From an uncultured Nitrososphaerota archaeon (GTDB lineage: Archaea > Asgardarchaeota > Njordarchaeia > Njordarchaeales > Panguiarchaeaceae): 42,260 nt of DNA. The stretch lies in contig CAZWPQ010000003.1 in the NCBI GenBank assembly GCA_964636085.1, forward strand, positions 67,916 to 110,175. The letters are read 5' to 3'. The translations under genes and the position numbers were made by a program. How positions within the stretch are numbered: position 1 is the stretch's first letter; each line of letters begins with the position of its first letter. Below, piece after piece: positions 1 through 10,270 of the stretch. The notes under the pieces are model-generated. The model saw nothing but the letters and a program-made list of their open reading frames with translations. It searched no databases and was not told the DNA's origin.

Positions 1-503
1 GGGCATCTAAAGCTGCTGGAGAACTTGTTGCCATGTCGTATTTCGAAACATACGGCCTTCCAGTCATAATCTTGAGATACTTCAATGTGTATGGGCCATT
101 GATGTCGACGGGGGAGGCGTCTGGTGTAATATATAAATTTATCCATGCCGCCCTTAGAGACAAGCCATTAGTAATATATGGCGATGGGAATCAGATTAGA
201 GATTTCGTGTACGTGGAAGATGTAGCAAAGGCGAATCTTATTGCTATTGAAAAAAATATATTTGGTTGCTATAATGTTGGAACTGGACAAGGCACCAGAA
301 TAATAGAGCTCGCCCAAAAAATAAGACAGATGACCAATAGTAAGAGCGAGATAATATATGGTCCGGAGAGGAAAGGGGACATATATAAGAGTGTAGCAGA
401 TATTAGAAAAATAGTTTCCGAGTTTGGATGGAGGCCAACATATAGTCTAGATTACGGTCTTAAAAAGACAATCGAATACTACAGAAGGCTCAATAGAAAA
501 TAG
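1..503 (+). CDS. NAD-dependent epimerase/dehydratase (extended SDR), 5'-truncated by the window edge
   Basis: The frame is open from the window start (ASKAAGE, the end of the YxxxK motif), followed by LRYFNVYGP, IYGDGNQIRDFVYVEDVA and YNVGTG. Confidence 0.9.
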   Translation, partial: ASKAAGELVAMSYFETYGLPVIILRYFNVYGPLMSTGEASGVIYKFIHAALRDKPLVIYGDGNQIRDFVYVEDVAKANLIAIEKNIFGCYNVGTGQGTRIIELAQKIRQMTNSKSEIIYGPERKGDIYKSVADIRKIVSEFGWRPTYSLDYGLKKTIEYYRRLNRK

Positions 504-634
504 ATGAATCCCCATAAGTTCAAGCTTGATAACAGTGTCTAAGATTTATATTGATTCATCTCTGCTATCCATCCCAAATTGCGTATATTGTTTCCATGCC
601 CAGAATTTCGGGGGGTAATCACTTCCTCAACTGA

Positions 635-1225
635 TTATTGGCTTCTATCCTCTATTTTTGCTAAAGCTTTCTCCACAAGTTTCTTAACTGCCATCTTAAA
701 TGCTAATTCGACATTATAGCCAGTTTTGGCTGAAGTTCTAATGAACCCGCTGACGCTGAGCTTTGAGGCCAGCTTTTCGCCAGCTTCTGGTGGTACCTCT
801 CTATAATCCTCCAAGTCAACCTTATTCTCAATAAGCAAGTATACGACTCCTTTGGGATCCAATCCCTTACTTACAGCAAGGGAGTACCAGCTTGGGATCG
901 ATTGATACGTATATAATCTCGTTATGTCATAAACCAAGAGAACAATTTTGGCCTTATGAAAGTAGCCATCCATAGCTTTTATAATGTGTTGGAATTGTCG
1001 TTGTCCCGCCAAATCCCATATTGCAATTTTAGCCCGTATGTTTGGGGGAATTGTGTAATTGGTTAGGTATATGTCGGCGCCAATTGTAGCTTTATAACTT
1101 TGTTCAAATCTACCTTCTGCAAACCTCCTAATTAGGCTTGTTTTTCCAACAGCGCCATCCCCTAAAACTATGCTCTTTAGGTATATCAATCTAGATGCTA
1201 TCTTATTCACCAAGAGAGCAATCAA
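635..1225 (-). CDS. Rab/Ras-superfamily small GTPase
   Basis: G1 GDGAVGKT, switch I YKATIGAD, G3 IWDLAGQ, LVYDIT, G4 NKVD and G5 TSAK; no C-terminal prenylation Cys. Confidence 0.93.
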   Translation of the reverse strand: MIALLVNKIASRLIYLKSIVLGDGAVGKTSLIRRFAEGRFEQSYKATIGADIYLTNYTIPPNIRAKIAIWDLAGQRQFQHIIKAMDGYFHKAKIVLLVYDITRLYTYQSIPSWYSLAVSKGLDPKGVVYLLIENKVDLEDYREVPPEAGEKLASKLSVSGFIRTSAKTGYNVELAFKMAVKKLVEKALAKIEDRSQ

Positions 1226-1302
1226 TAATAAGACAAGAAAAACTAATGATTAAAAAATAATTAATGCTTCAAAAAACATAGCTGGAAAAATGAAGAACAT
1301 AT

Positions 1303-1551
<249 letters not shown>

Positions 1552-1648
1552 TTAAACAATGAATTTGTCGATTATGTATATACAGGCTAACATAAAACGT
1601 ATTAGTACATGTATATTCGCGCTGGAAAACGATGGGTAAGTGAAATAA

Positions 1649-2377
1649 ATGCCTGAAGATGCTGATGTTTTAATAAGTGATGCGATACGGGATCTTAGGA
1701 GGGGTAGGCCAGTTCTGGTGTTTGATTCAGAGGGGCGAGAAAGAGAGACAGATATATTTTTTTTGGCGGAAAAAGTAAACTACAGATCTGTGCAGATTCT
1801 TAGGAAAGATGCGGGGGGGCTGATATGTATATCTGTTCATCCTAAAATCGCTGATGCATTGGGTCTACCATTTCTAAGACAACTTCTGGCATTATATTCA
1901 TCTAAACTAAAATTTCTATATACAAAACCACTTCCATACGACGAGAGATCGGCTTTTTCAATAACAATCAATCATGTCAATACGTTCACGGGGATCCCTG
2001 ATAGGGATAGAGCACTAACAATATCGCGGTTTGGGGAATTGAGCAGGGATTTTTGGCGGGGTAGTATAAGTAAGGACAAATTCTATGATATGTTTGTGAA
2101 CGAATTTAGGTCGCCTGGTCACGTCTTTTTATTGAGGGCCGCGGATAAACTATTGTTTGATCGCCAAGGCCATACAGAACTGGCAGTAGCGTTGGCTGTA
2201 ATTGGGGGTTTAACACCATGCGTAGCCCTAGCCGAAATGTTAGGTGATGATGGTTACTCATTATCTCTGGATAAAGCAAGGAAATATGCTGAAGAAAATA
2301 GTTATGTTATAGTTGAGGGTAGATATATCATAGAGAAGTTTAGAGAAGTATTTGGTGATTATAGTCATGAGGCTTAG
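1649..2377 (+). CDS. ribB: 3,4-dihydroxy-2-butanone-4-phosphate synthase (archaeal type)
   Basis: FDSEGRERETD, DAGGLIC, YDERSAFSITINH, TGIPDRDRALT, FRSPGHV and RQGHTE. Confidence 0.93.
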   Translation: MPEDADVLISDAIRDLRRGRPVLVFDSEGRERETDIFFLAEKVNYRSVQILRKDAGGLICISVHPKIADALGLPFLRQLLALYSSKLKFLYTKPLPYDERSAFSITINHVNTFTGIPDRDRALTISRFGELSRDFWRGSISKDKFYDMFVNEFRSPGHVFLLRAADKLLFDRQGHTELAVALAVIGGLTPCVALAEMLGDDGYSLSLDKARKYAEENSYVIVEGRYIIEKFREVFGDYSHEA

Positions 2378-2831
2378 AGTTGGTATTGTCGATACGACAT
2401 TTGCTAGAGTCGACATGGCAAAATATGTTGTGGAGGAGATAAAGAAGATCGAACCGAATGCAGAAATAGTTAGGGTTACTGTGCCAGGAATTAAGGATAT
2501 TCCAGGAGCCGCCAAGAGGCTTATTAGTAGAGAAAATTGTGAGGGAGTGATAACATTGGGATGGGTAGGCAAGGAATTTGTAGACAAGCTAAGCTATATA
2601 GCGTCGTCTGTCGGTCTTATATTGGTATCCTTGATTACTGACAAAGTCATAGTAGATGTAACCATACATGAGGATGAGGCCGATGACCCACAAGCTCTGA
2701 GAAAAATAGCCGAGGATAGAGCCAGAAAGCATGCTAAAAATCTTGTATATATGCTTAGAAATCCTGGGCTTTTAACAAAATTTGCGGGAAGGGGCCTTAG
2801 GCAAGGATACCCAGATGTTGGTCCAATATAG
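2367..2831 (+). CDS. ribC: Archaeal riboflavin synthase (lumazine-synthase fold)
   Basis: VGIVDTTFARVDM, TVPGIKD, HEDEA and GRGLRQGYPDVG; overlaps the end of ribB; GGTGA RBS before ATG 2367. Confidence 0.9.
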   Translation: MRLRVGIVDTTFARVDMAKYVVEEIKKIEPNAEIVRVTVPGIKDIPGAAKRLISRENCEGVITLGWVGKEFVDKLSYIASSVGLILVSLITDKVIVDVTIHEDEADDPQALRKIAEDRARKHAKNLVYMLRNPGLLTKFAGRGLRQGYPDVGPI

Positions 2832-2915
2832 CTAGGAGGGATTATCAAAAGTTTGAATATAGGCAATTCTTTATTTTATAATTTTATTACACTAATTGGT
2901 AAGTAGGGGAGCAAA

Positions 2916-4211
2916 TTGGATATTGGCGGGATTAATGTCGAGGCAATTAAAGCGGTGTTAAAAGGACTTATATTCGCACATAAGGGCAATCTACAGGAGG
3001 CTACCAATAGCATGATGGAAGCAATAAAAATAGCACCAGAATACTACGAGGCCCATTATCATGCTGGTCGCTTCCTAGCAGAATTAGGCAATTATGACGA
3101 GGCGATTGAGCACCTTAATAAGGTTCTTGAGGCATCACCCAATTTTTCTAGAGCGTGGGGGGTTCTAGGGGACATTTATGAGCGCATGGGAGATCGTGAT
3201 AAAGGCACAGAATTGACAATTAAAGCACGAGATCTTGCTAACAAGGCGGATGATCTCCTAAGAACTGGTAGCGAATTAGAGGCCCAAGGAAAATTGGAGG
3301 AGGCATTAGAAAGATATAAAGCAGCCACAAATACGGATCCCTCATTTCCGTCCGCATGGTATAATTTGGCACATGTTTATGAGAAAATGAATAAGCTAGA
3401 TGACGCTATTGCTGCTTTCGATAGGGTTATTCGTATAGCTCCCGATGACATATTTGCATGGAACAAGAGAGTGGCGATTCTAAAGAAAATGAATAGATAT
3501 GATGAAGCATTAGCATCATATGATATAATGATAGAACTTGATCCTAAGAAAAAATTGTTCTGGTTCTGGAAAGCCAGAACTGCCGAGGAGGCTGGTAGAT
3601 ATGATGTAGCATTGGAGAGTTGTAGGAAAGTGTTGGAGATGGATCCAAAGGACACATATGCATTGATGTATCAGGCACAGGTGTGTATTAAGTCCAATAA
3701 TTACGAGAAGGCCATCGAGTCCTATAAAAAGGCGTTGGAGATAGAGCCCTCTAATCTTGATGCATACTTAGGGCTTGCGGATGTTTATGCAAAGAAACTG
3801 GGCCAGTATGGTGAGGCTCTTAAAGTGATTGATGATGCTCTAGAAAAAGACCCTGATAATGCTACACTATGGTTCAAGAAGGGGGAGATACTACTTATTC
3901 AAGGCATGGAAGATTCGGCCTTGGAGCATTTTGAGAAAGCGGTGGAGAAGGATATGATGTTTGCGGATGCATGGATAAAAATGGCCGAAGTATATGAGAA
4001 AAGGGGAAGTATAGATAAGGCGGCTGAGAGTTATGAGGCACTAACGAAGATAAGATCAAGCGACCCAAAGGTATGGTATCTTAGGGCCAAGTTTTTCGCA
4101 AAGATAGGAAAGATAAAGGATGCACTAAAATTCTTGGATAGGGCACTTAAGCTAGATCCGTCATACACTCCAGCACAAGAACTTAAACAAGAACTAGCAA
4201 AGCGTAAGTAA
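2916..4211 (+). CDS. Tetratricopeptide-repeat protein
   Basis: About 11 consecutive TPR-like units (e.g. AWYNLAHVYEKMNKLDDAIAAFDRVIRIAP). Confidence 0.9.
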   Translation: MDIGGINVEAIKAVLKGLIFAHKGNLQEATNSMMEAIKIAPEYYEAHYHAGRFLAELGNYDEAIEHLNKVLEASPNFSRAWGVLGDIYERMGDRDKGTELTIKARDLANKADDLLRTGSELEAQGKLEEALERYKAATNTDPSFPSAWYNLAHVYEKMNKLDDAIAAFDRVIRIAPDDIFAWNKRVAILKKMNRYDEALASYDIMIELDPKKKLFWFWKARTAEEAGRYDVALESCRKVLEMDPKDTYALMYQAQVCIKSNNYEKAIESYKKALEIEPSNLDAYLGLADVYAKKLGQYGEALKVIDDALEKDPDNATLWFKKGEILLIQGMEDSALEHFEKAVEKDMMFADAWIKMAEVYEKRGSIDKAAESYEALTKIRSSDPKVWYLRAKFFAKIGKIKDALKFLDRALKLDPSYTPAQELKQELAKRK

Positions 4212-4255
4212 ACTTAATTTTTGTTTGATTTTTGTTCCGCATCCTCTCCTATATA

Positions 4256-4993
4256 TCACTCTTCAAGCATATTATAGACAATGATTCCTACGGGGATGCC
4301 GAGACCAAGTATTACTTCTCTGTGTGACTTGATTATATCCAGCAGTTCTCCATGAAACTCTGATAGACCTCTGAGGATATCAATGTAGACAATCATTACC
4401 TTCCCCCTGTTTTGTTTGATTCTCCAATATCGTTTTGCATCTTTCTGGCATAGTTTTCTTCGCCACTTTATCTCGTCTTCCAGTTGATTATTTTCTATGG
4501 CCCTTTCGGCTCGCTGTATTACCTCGAAGTGATAGTCTTTTGTCGAATATTCGGCTATTCTCAAATGGGTCTTGATGTCCCTATCACCGAGTTTTTTATT
4601 GGATAATACATCATATGATACGAGGTTTGCATCTCTAAGATTTCCTAGTACTTGGTCATCTAGGATTATCATCGGGACTATATACGATGACGACAATACT
4701 ACAGATAAAGCGAGTGAGGGCTCTAAACCTGCCTTGGCTAGGAGTTTCACCAATGATTTCATTGATTCGAATGGGAGGACTACGGGTTTAATTAGCTTAG
4801 AACTGAAACCGTATTTCTTAAGTTGCTTTATCATCTGGCTACAGCATCCAACAGGGCGCCATCTTATACTTCTCCGCAACCATCTGAACACATTATCTGT
4901 TGGTTTATTCTGGACTGATATGATTCCTCTAATTACTTTTAGGAGGGATATATACTGTATGAAGTCATAATCTGTGATCGACATGGTTGTCAC
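4256..4993 (-). CDS. Hypothetical protein, coupled to the ASCH gene
   Basis: 245-codon ORF whose start overlaps the ASCH gene stop; no recognisable motif. Confidence 0.65.
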   Translation of the reverse strand: MTTMSITDYDFIQYISLLKVIRGIISVQNKPTDNVFRWLRRSIRWRPVGCCSQMIKQLKKYGFSSKLIKPVVLPFESMKSLVKLLAKAGLEPSLALSVVLSSSYIVPMIILDDQVLGNLRDANLVSYDVLSNKKLGDRDIKTHLRIAEYSTKDYHFEVIQRAERAIENNQLEDEIKWRRKLCQKDAKRYWRIKQNRGKVMIVYIDILRGLSEFHGELLDIIKSHREVILGLGIPVGIIVYNMLEE

Positions 4994-5571
4994 TATAACA
5001 AACGTAATTCTTGGAGTTTATCCACCAACTTAAGGAGGAGTTTTCGGATTTTCCTCCTATAGCGTATACTGCCATAGAATCTCTGGGATGTTGCTCTTAG
5101 ACTTTTCGTTTCCACGAGTGTTTTGAGTATTGCTATTTCATTCTGGGTCAAATTTAGCTTATCCAAATTCCTAAGCGCGATCTGGGCGATCTCTATGGCT
5201 GTGCGTCCAGCATAATTGGAGGATTCAGGGAGGTTCATCTTCTCTAGGATCCGAAATTTTATAATTGTAACCCAACTATGATCCTTGAGGGAAGGATAAT
5301 AGGACTTAAGTTCTTTTACAAGTTCGTTGCTATTTGAGAAACCGTCTAGGCGAGCATCGTTGTCATCAATATCCGCCAATCTCTTAAACCTTACATCCTC
5401 AATTTGGGCTCGTGCGATTATTAGCCCTCCAGCGTGAATGTATATGGTTCGAGAACCTATCTGAACTTTGCCGGGACGAATTGTTGTGACTTTCTTGCCA
5501 CTAAGTATCATTTCTGCGTACTTTCCCTTCATCATTAAATGTTTGCCGATCCAATATCTTCTTTTCTGCAT
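4993..5571 (-). CDS. ASCH-domain protein with a C-terminal helical/HTH-like region
   Basis: ASCH signature ILSGKKVTTIR...DARLDGF...L...Y. Confidence 0.85.
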   Translation of the reverse strand: MQKRRYWIGKHLMMKGKYAEMILSGKKVTTIRPGKVQIGSRTIYIHAGGLIIARAQIEDVRFKRLADIDDNDARLDGFSNSNELVKELKSYYPSLKDHSWVTIIKFRILEKMNLPESSNYAGRTAIEIAQIALRNLDKLNLTQNEIAILKTLVETKSLRATSQRFYGSIRYRRKIRKLLLKLVDKLQELRLL

Positions 5572-5779
5572 TATGAAAGCCCTGTAAAAGTACTAGCTCG
5601 CTATCAATAATTCCATATATAGAAAAATAGTGGCTATTATAATCATCACTAATTCTTGGGAAACCTAGCTACTTTATATTGATATTATATCATAAAGTAC
5701 GATCCATGAGAAAATATTTAAGTATCGAATAGGATAATTATAGTGAAAGAGTTTATTATTTTTTTGCCAACTTGGATAG

Positions 5780-7465
5780 GTGCGCTTAATGAAATACCTA
5801 ATAGTACCAATAATAATGATCTTATCACTCCTGGCGACAAGCAAACCAGCGATCGCGGGGGATGGTCAATTTAATGTGAAATTCGAGTTCAATATTCCTG
5901 CATCTCTTAATGTCTCAAATGATACTATGTTCTCGGAGATCTATGAGGTTGATGTAAGCAATTTGGGGGATGTTATTGTTTTAATTCATTTCGGTTGGAG
6001 TGTGGATCCGCCAAGCCAAAAAATCAGCGCCGAGTTTTTCGATAATGACTTTGAATTACTTCCTGGCGAAAGTAGGAGTGTGTTTGTAAATGTAACTATA
6101 GGGGCAAATACGGTATCAGGAAACTATGTTCTAACGGTTAGAGCCACGGCATCCTCCTCTCCCCCCGCGGGGGAGAATCCAATAGTATATTCTCAAGAGC
6201 ATAAATTCTATATACATGTGGGGGGGAAGTCATGCACATTTTTCGTTTATGTTAGACAGCCAAGTGGTGATTGTGTCTATGCCTATGTGGAAGTATATCA
6301 GGGGTTAAATACATTTATGTATTCTACTCGTGGCTATGATTTGACTTTTCATGTTGTGACTGGTAGATACCTTATTGTTGCTTCGTATGAGGGAATAAGG
6401 GCTTGGGCCCAGATTTATGTAGTGAATAACACAACAGTGATCTTAGAAAGGTGTGAAGGTCAAGTTGAAGTAGTTGGCAAAGGTGTTTATATTTGGTTAT
6501 CTTTGATCGTAATAAAGGATATAAAAGTGGTGCGATATCCGCAAAGTAGGAGCGATAGCCTCATAATAAGTTTTATGTTGATTCATAATCAACCACTTGT
6601 CTACAGAAAACTTATTAGGGTTCTTGCCAACCTATATATTGAAGGGAACTCCACACCATTGCTTATCAATGTCACAATAGCGGAGATAGAAATCAGGGGA
6701 AAAATGGTTGAAACACTTCTTGGGATATTTCCACCACCTAAGGAGAAGTGGAGAAATGATACATATATTGTCTATATTTTTGTTGTTACTCGTAATGTTA
6801 CTCAAGAGCTCAAAGAGAAGCATATAAACGAGGCTGTAATGGCTAATGTCTCTGAAGAAATTCCCTTGACATTTCATGAGAAGCTAGTTTATGTGAAGGA
6901 AAAATATGTCCCCTTAATTCCATTGCTATTGGCCGCGTTAATTGCAGGTTTAATTGGGTATCTCACGGCTAGGGGGACTAGGAGAGCCATAAAGCCTGTG
7001 AGCAGGGCTCCATTTAGGATAAGAAGAGTAGGTGTGGTTGCTCGTGGCTCTATTATTGGTTTTTATGATTTCTCCAAAAATGTGGCTATGATGATGAGCG
7101 ATATAGATAGGCAGTATCCGTCATTTATAGCCTTGATTAGAAGTCTAGAGTCCCTGAGACCATCTAGTTGGATACTAGAGCTCCCGCTTCCAATAGCTTG
7201 GAATATTGGGAGGGAAAAACTTATGTTATATCCTATAGATGAGGAGTTCTCACTGTTGGTGACAACAGATCCAAGGGTAAATGAGAGAGATCCAAAAGTT
7301 ATTAGGGTTCTCGAGGAATTGGCAAGACTGGTTAAACAGATGCATGCCGAGTCACGGCTTTCCTATGACTACATTATGAAACATCAACGCGAATATAGAT
7401 ATTTTGTGAGGAGAATAGCGGATACCATAAGGGCCAGAGGATGGGCGTATAGACCCAAAGGATAA
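5780..7465 (+). CDS. Single-pass membrane protein: signal peptide, Ig-like ectodomains, TM helix, cytoplasmic domain; paralogue of 17637..19241
   Basis: Hydrophobic N-terminus, beta-rich region with many NxS/T sequons (LLPGESRSVFVNVTI...SGNYVLTVRA), and TM LIPLLLAALIAGLIGYL. Confidence 0.75.
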   Translation: MRLMKYLIVPIIMILSLLATSKPAIAGDGQFNVKFEFNIPASLNVSNDTMFSEIYEVDVSNLGDVIVLIHFGWSVDPPSQKISAEFFDNDFELLPGESRSVFVNVTIGANTVSGNYVLTVRATASSSPPAGENPIVYSQEHKFYIHVGGKSCTFFVYVRQPSGDCVYAYVEVYQGLNTFMYSTRGYDLTFHVVTGRYLIVASYEGIRAWAQIYVVNNTTVILERCEGQVEVVGKGVYIWLSLIVIKDIKVVRYPQSRSDSLIISFMLIHNQPLVYRKLIRVLANLYIEGNSTPLLINVTIAEIEIRGKMVETLLGIFPPPKEKWRNDTYIVYIFVVTRNVTQELKEKHINEAVMANVSEEIPLTFHEKLVYVKEKYVPLIPLLLAALIAGLIGYLTARGTRRAIKPVSRAPFRIRRVGVVARGSIIGFYDFSKNVAMMMSDIDRQYPSFIALIRSLESLRPSSWILELPLPIAWNIGREKLMLYPIDEEFSLLVTTDPRVNERDPKVIRVLEELARLVKQMHAESRLSYDYIMKHQREYRYFVRRIADTIRARGWAYRPKG

Positions 7466-7467
7466 CC

Positions 7468-8559
7468 TTGTGGGTATCGATATTGCTATGGTTTATAATA
7501 ACTACGTGGGCCTGTAACCTTAATTGCAGATACTGTGGTAATGAACCTAATCCATATGGAGAGCCTACAAATCCGAGTTATGATATTGATGCGCTAAGGA
7601 GATTCTTGAGGCAGGATCCTTCCCCCATAATATGTTTCTATGGTGGTGAGCCATTACTACGATTTGACAATATAGCATCAATAATCGAAAATATTAAAGC
7701 ATACAAATTTGTCCTTCAGACAAACGGTTTGTTGCTAAGAAAGATAGATCCTTCATATTTAGCAAGGATCGATACAATACTAGTGAGTATTGATGGTCGA
7801 AAAGTCATAACTGATTACTATAGGGGAAGGGGCGTATATGATACGGTAATAAATAATTCGCATTATCTAAGGACAATAGGGTATAATGGAGATCTAATAG
7901 CTAGGATGACAGTCTCAGGAAGAAGTGGCATTTATCGAGATGTGAAACACCTGCTTGATCTCAATATTTTTGACCATATTCATTGGCAGCTAGATGTTTT
8001 TTTCGATGCGCCCCCTAGCAGGTACGATGATTTTGATGCTTGGTTAAAGAACTATAAGCTGGGCCTTAGAAAGCTATTAGAACTTTGGCTTGAAAACCTA
8101 AAAAATGGCCGAATCTTGGGTCTGGTTCCTTTTCAAGGAATACTGAAGATAATGATCAAGGGAGAAAGGAGGAAACTTCCGTGTGGAGCTGGGATAGATG
8201 CGTTTTCGATATCCACATCGGGCAGAATATATGCCTGTCCAATATCGCCTTCGCCAGAATTCTACTTGGGCGATATTTGGAGCAGTAAGATATCCTACAT
8301 AGTGGGAAAGATAACTATTGGAGAGCCGTGCATCTCTTGCGATTATTATGATGTGTGTGGAGGTAGGTGTCTATATGCCAATAAAACCATGTTATGGGGG
8401 GAGAAAATGTTCACTAAAATATGTGACGTAACGAAATACCTAATAGAGATGTTGAAAGAATCAGTGCCCTTAATTGATAACCTTGTTACAAATGGCATCG
8501 TTTCATGGGAGGATATTCTATATCCCGAATACAACAATACAACGGAGATAATCCCATGA
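7468..8559 (+). CDS. Radical SAM/SPASM protein (AF0577/TIGR04084-like)
   Basis: CNLNCRYC, FYGGEPLL, SPASM cysteines (PCGAG, YACP, CISC...CGGRC) and C-terminal YNNTTEIIP. Confidence 0.82.
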   Translation: MWVSILLWFIITTWACNLNCRYCGNEPNPYGEPTNPSYDIDALRRFLRQDPSPIICFYGGEPLLRFDNIASIIENIKAYKFVLQTNGLLLRKIDPSYLARIDTILVSIDGRKVITDYYRGRGVYDTVINNSHYLRTIGYNGDLIARMTVSGRSGIYRDVKHLLDLNIFDHIHWQLDVFFDAPPSRYDDFDAWLKNYKLGLRKLLELWLENLKNGRILGLVPFQGILKIMIKGERRKLPCGAGIDAFSISTSGRIYACPISPSPEFYLGDIWSSKISYIVGKITIGEPCISCDYYDVCGGRCLYANKTMLWGEKMFTKICDVTKYLIEMLKESVPLIDNLVTNGIVSWEDILYPEYNNTTEIIP

Positions 8560-8628
8560 ACAGACCTAATGGTTCGCTATAAATATTCAAATTTTTTAGA
8601 TAGAATAAAAGTGTGGAGGTGTTAAATA

Positions 8629-9276
8629 TTGTTCTTCAAAAAGGATTTATTGGACTCAATCAGGCAAAAAATCTTGGAAATATCAAGCCTGACAAAGCAA
8701 AGTTTATGGTATACTGTAAAGTATTTATTTGATAAATCCGAGGATGATAGGAGAAGAGTCTTCGAAATTGAAGAAAGAAGCGATACAGTGAATCTTGATG
8801 TGATAGATTCTGTGATAGGGCATCTGGATAAGAGATGTGAGCGGGGGAGGAGGCTCCGGGAATTCTTGATGTTGATGGAGATATCCGCCATTTTTGAGCG
8901 TATATGTGATTTGCTAGAGAAAATCTGTCGAATGGAGGAGACAAAACCAGAAATTATTCACGAGGATCTTAGGGAGAAACTTATATGGATGACAAAGAAG
9001 GTTATTACGATGATAGAGCTCTCCGAGAACGCTATGAAGGAGGAGGATGTTAGTGAATTGAAGTCAAATCTAGAAAAGATTGATGATGAGATAGACGAGT
9101 TATTCGAAGAATGCAAAAAAGAGATCATAACCAAATTACGGGAAAAAGGGAATGAGGAGACATACGGCAATTTGCTCTATGTGATAGGCTACCTAGAAAG
9201 GATAGGTGATCTGGCAGCCAAAGTGGGGTCGAGACTTATATTTATACTAGAGGGGAAGCATGTTTTTATCAAGTGA
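8629..9276 (+). CDS. phoU: PhoU-family phosphate regulator
   Basis: Two PhoU repeats with FERICD and LERIGDLAAKVG, plus DDEIDELF. Confidence 0.82.
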   Translation: MFFKKDLLDSIRQKILEISSLTKQSLWYTVKYLFDKSEDDRRRVFEIEERSDTVNLDVIDSVIGHLDKRCERGRRLREFLMLMEISAIFERICDLLEKICRMEETKPEIIHEDLREKLIWMTKKVITMIELSENAMKEEDVSELKSNLEKIDDEIDELFEECKKEIITKLREKGNEETYGNLLYVIGYLERIGDLAAKVGSRLIFILEGKHVFIK

Positions 9277-10202
9277 GTTCTTTGCAAATAATCCAAGAAT
9301 TTGATCCTTGGAAGAGTAAGCTATGTACTTGTCCCCCTAAATACTCCCTTCAACCCTATACTGGCTGTTCGCATAGGTGCCTATATTGTTACGCAACAAG
9401 CTATATTAGAACACGCCGCACAATACCAAAGAAGGATGCGATTGGTAGGCTAATAAAGGATCTACAGAAGATTGATCCTAAAAAACACATAAACATGAGT
9501 ACGTCCTCTGACCCCTATACCCCTGAAGAAAAAGTATATAATCTTACTAGGAGAATTCTCAGTATTATCGTTTCAAGGGGATTTAAGGTATTGATCACAA
9601 CAAAGGGCACCCTTGTCCTGAGGGATATAGATATTATAAGACGAGGGAATGTGGCAGTTATGATGACTATTACAACGCTTGACCCAAAGTTGGCGTCCAT
9701 AATAGAACCAAATGCTCCATCCCCTCTTGATAGATTGAGGACTCTATGTGAACTATCGAGAAACGGAGTACCGATAGGTGCTAGGATAGATCCGATAATT
9801 CCACATGTAAATGATGATGAAGAGGAGCTACGTGAACTTGTCGATGAACTCATAGAATGCGGGGTACGTCATATTGTAACCTCAACATACAAAGCAAAAC
9901 CAGATAATCTTAAAAGGCTGATTCAATCATTTCCTGACATTGAGGAAAAACTAAGACATTTATACATAGAGTCTTCACAGCGCATTGGAGGCTACAGGTA
10001 TCTCAAAAAACACATGAGGAAGAAGCTATTGATGCCAGTAATAGAGCAGTCAAAAAAGCATGGAATATCCGTGGCTACATGTAGAGAAGGATTCGAGAAT
10101 AATGTGATATGTGATGGTTCACAGCTCATACCAAACAGAATACCCATTCGAGGTAGGAGGAATATACGTGATTTTTTAAGAACCAGTAATCACCGAGTGT
10201 AG
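9273..10202 (+). CDS. Radical SAM protein, SplB (spore photoproduct lyase)-like archaeal family
   Basis: PYTGCSHRCLYCYA, SSDPY, ITTK, EPNAPSP and RIDPIIP; GTGA overlap with phoU. Confidence 0.82.
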   Translation: MSSLQIIQEFDPWKSKLCTCPPKYSLQPYTGCSHRCLYCYATSYIRTRRTIPKKDAIGRLIKDLQKIDPKKHINMSTSSDPYTPEEKVYNLTRRILSIIVSRGFKVLITTKGTLVLRDIDIIRRGNVAVMMTITTLDPKLASIIEPNAPSPLDRLRTLCELSRNGVPIGARIDPIIPHVNDDEEELRELVDELIECGVRHIVTSTYKAKPDNLKRLIQSFPDIEEKLRHLYIESSQRIGGYRYLKKHMRKKLLMPVIEQSKKHGISVATCREGFENNVICDGSQLIPNRIPIRGRRNIRDFLRTSNHRV

Positions 10203-10270
10203 ATCTGCTCATATATGTCCATGGATTCAAATAACCTATTTGTGTGATGATAATATGTGGCAAAGTTGAG

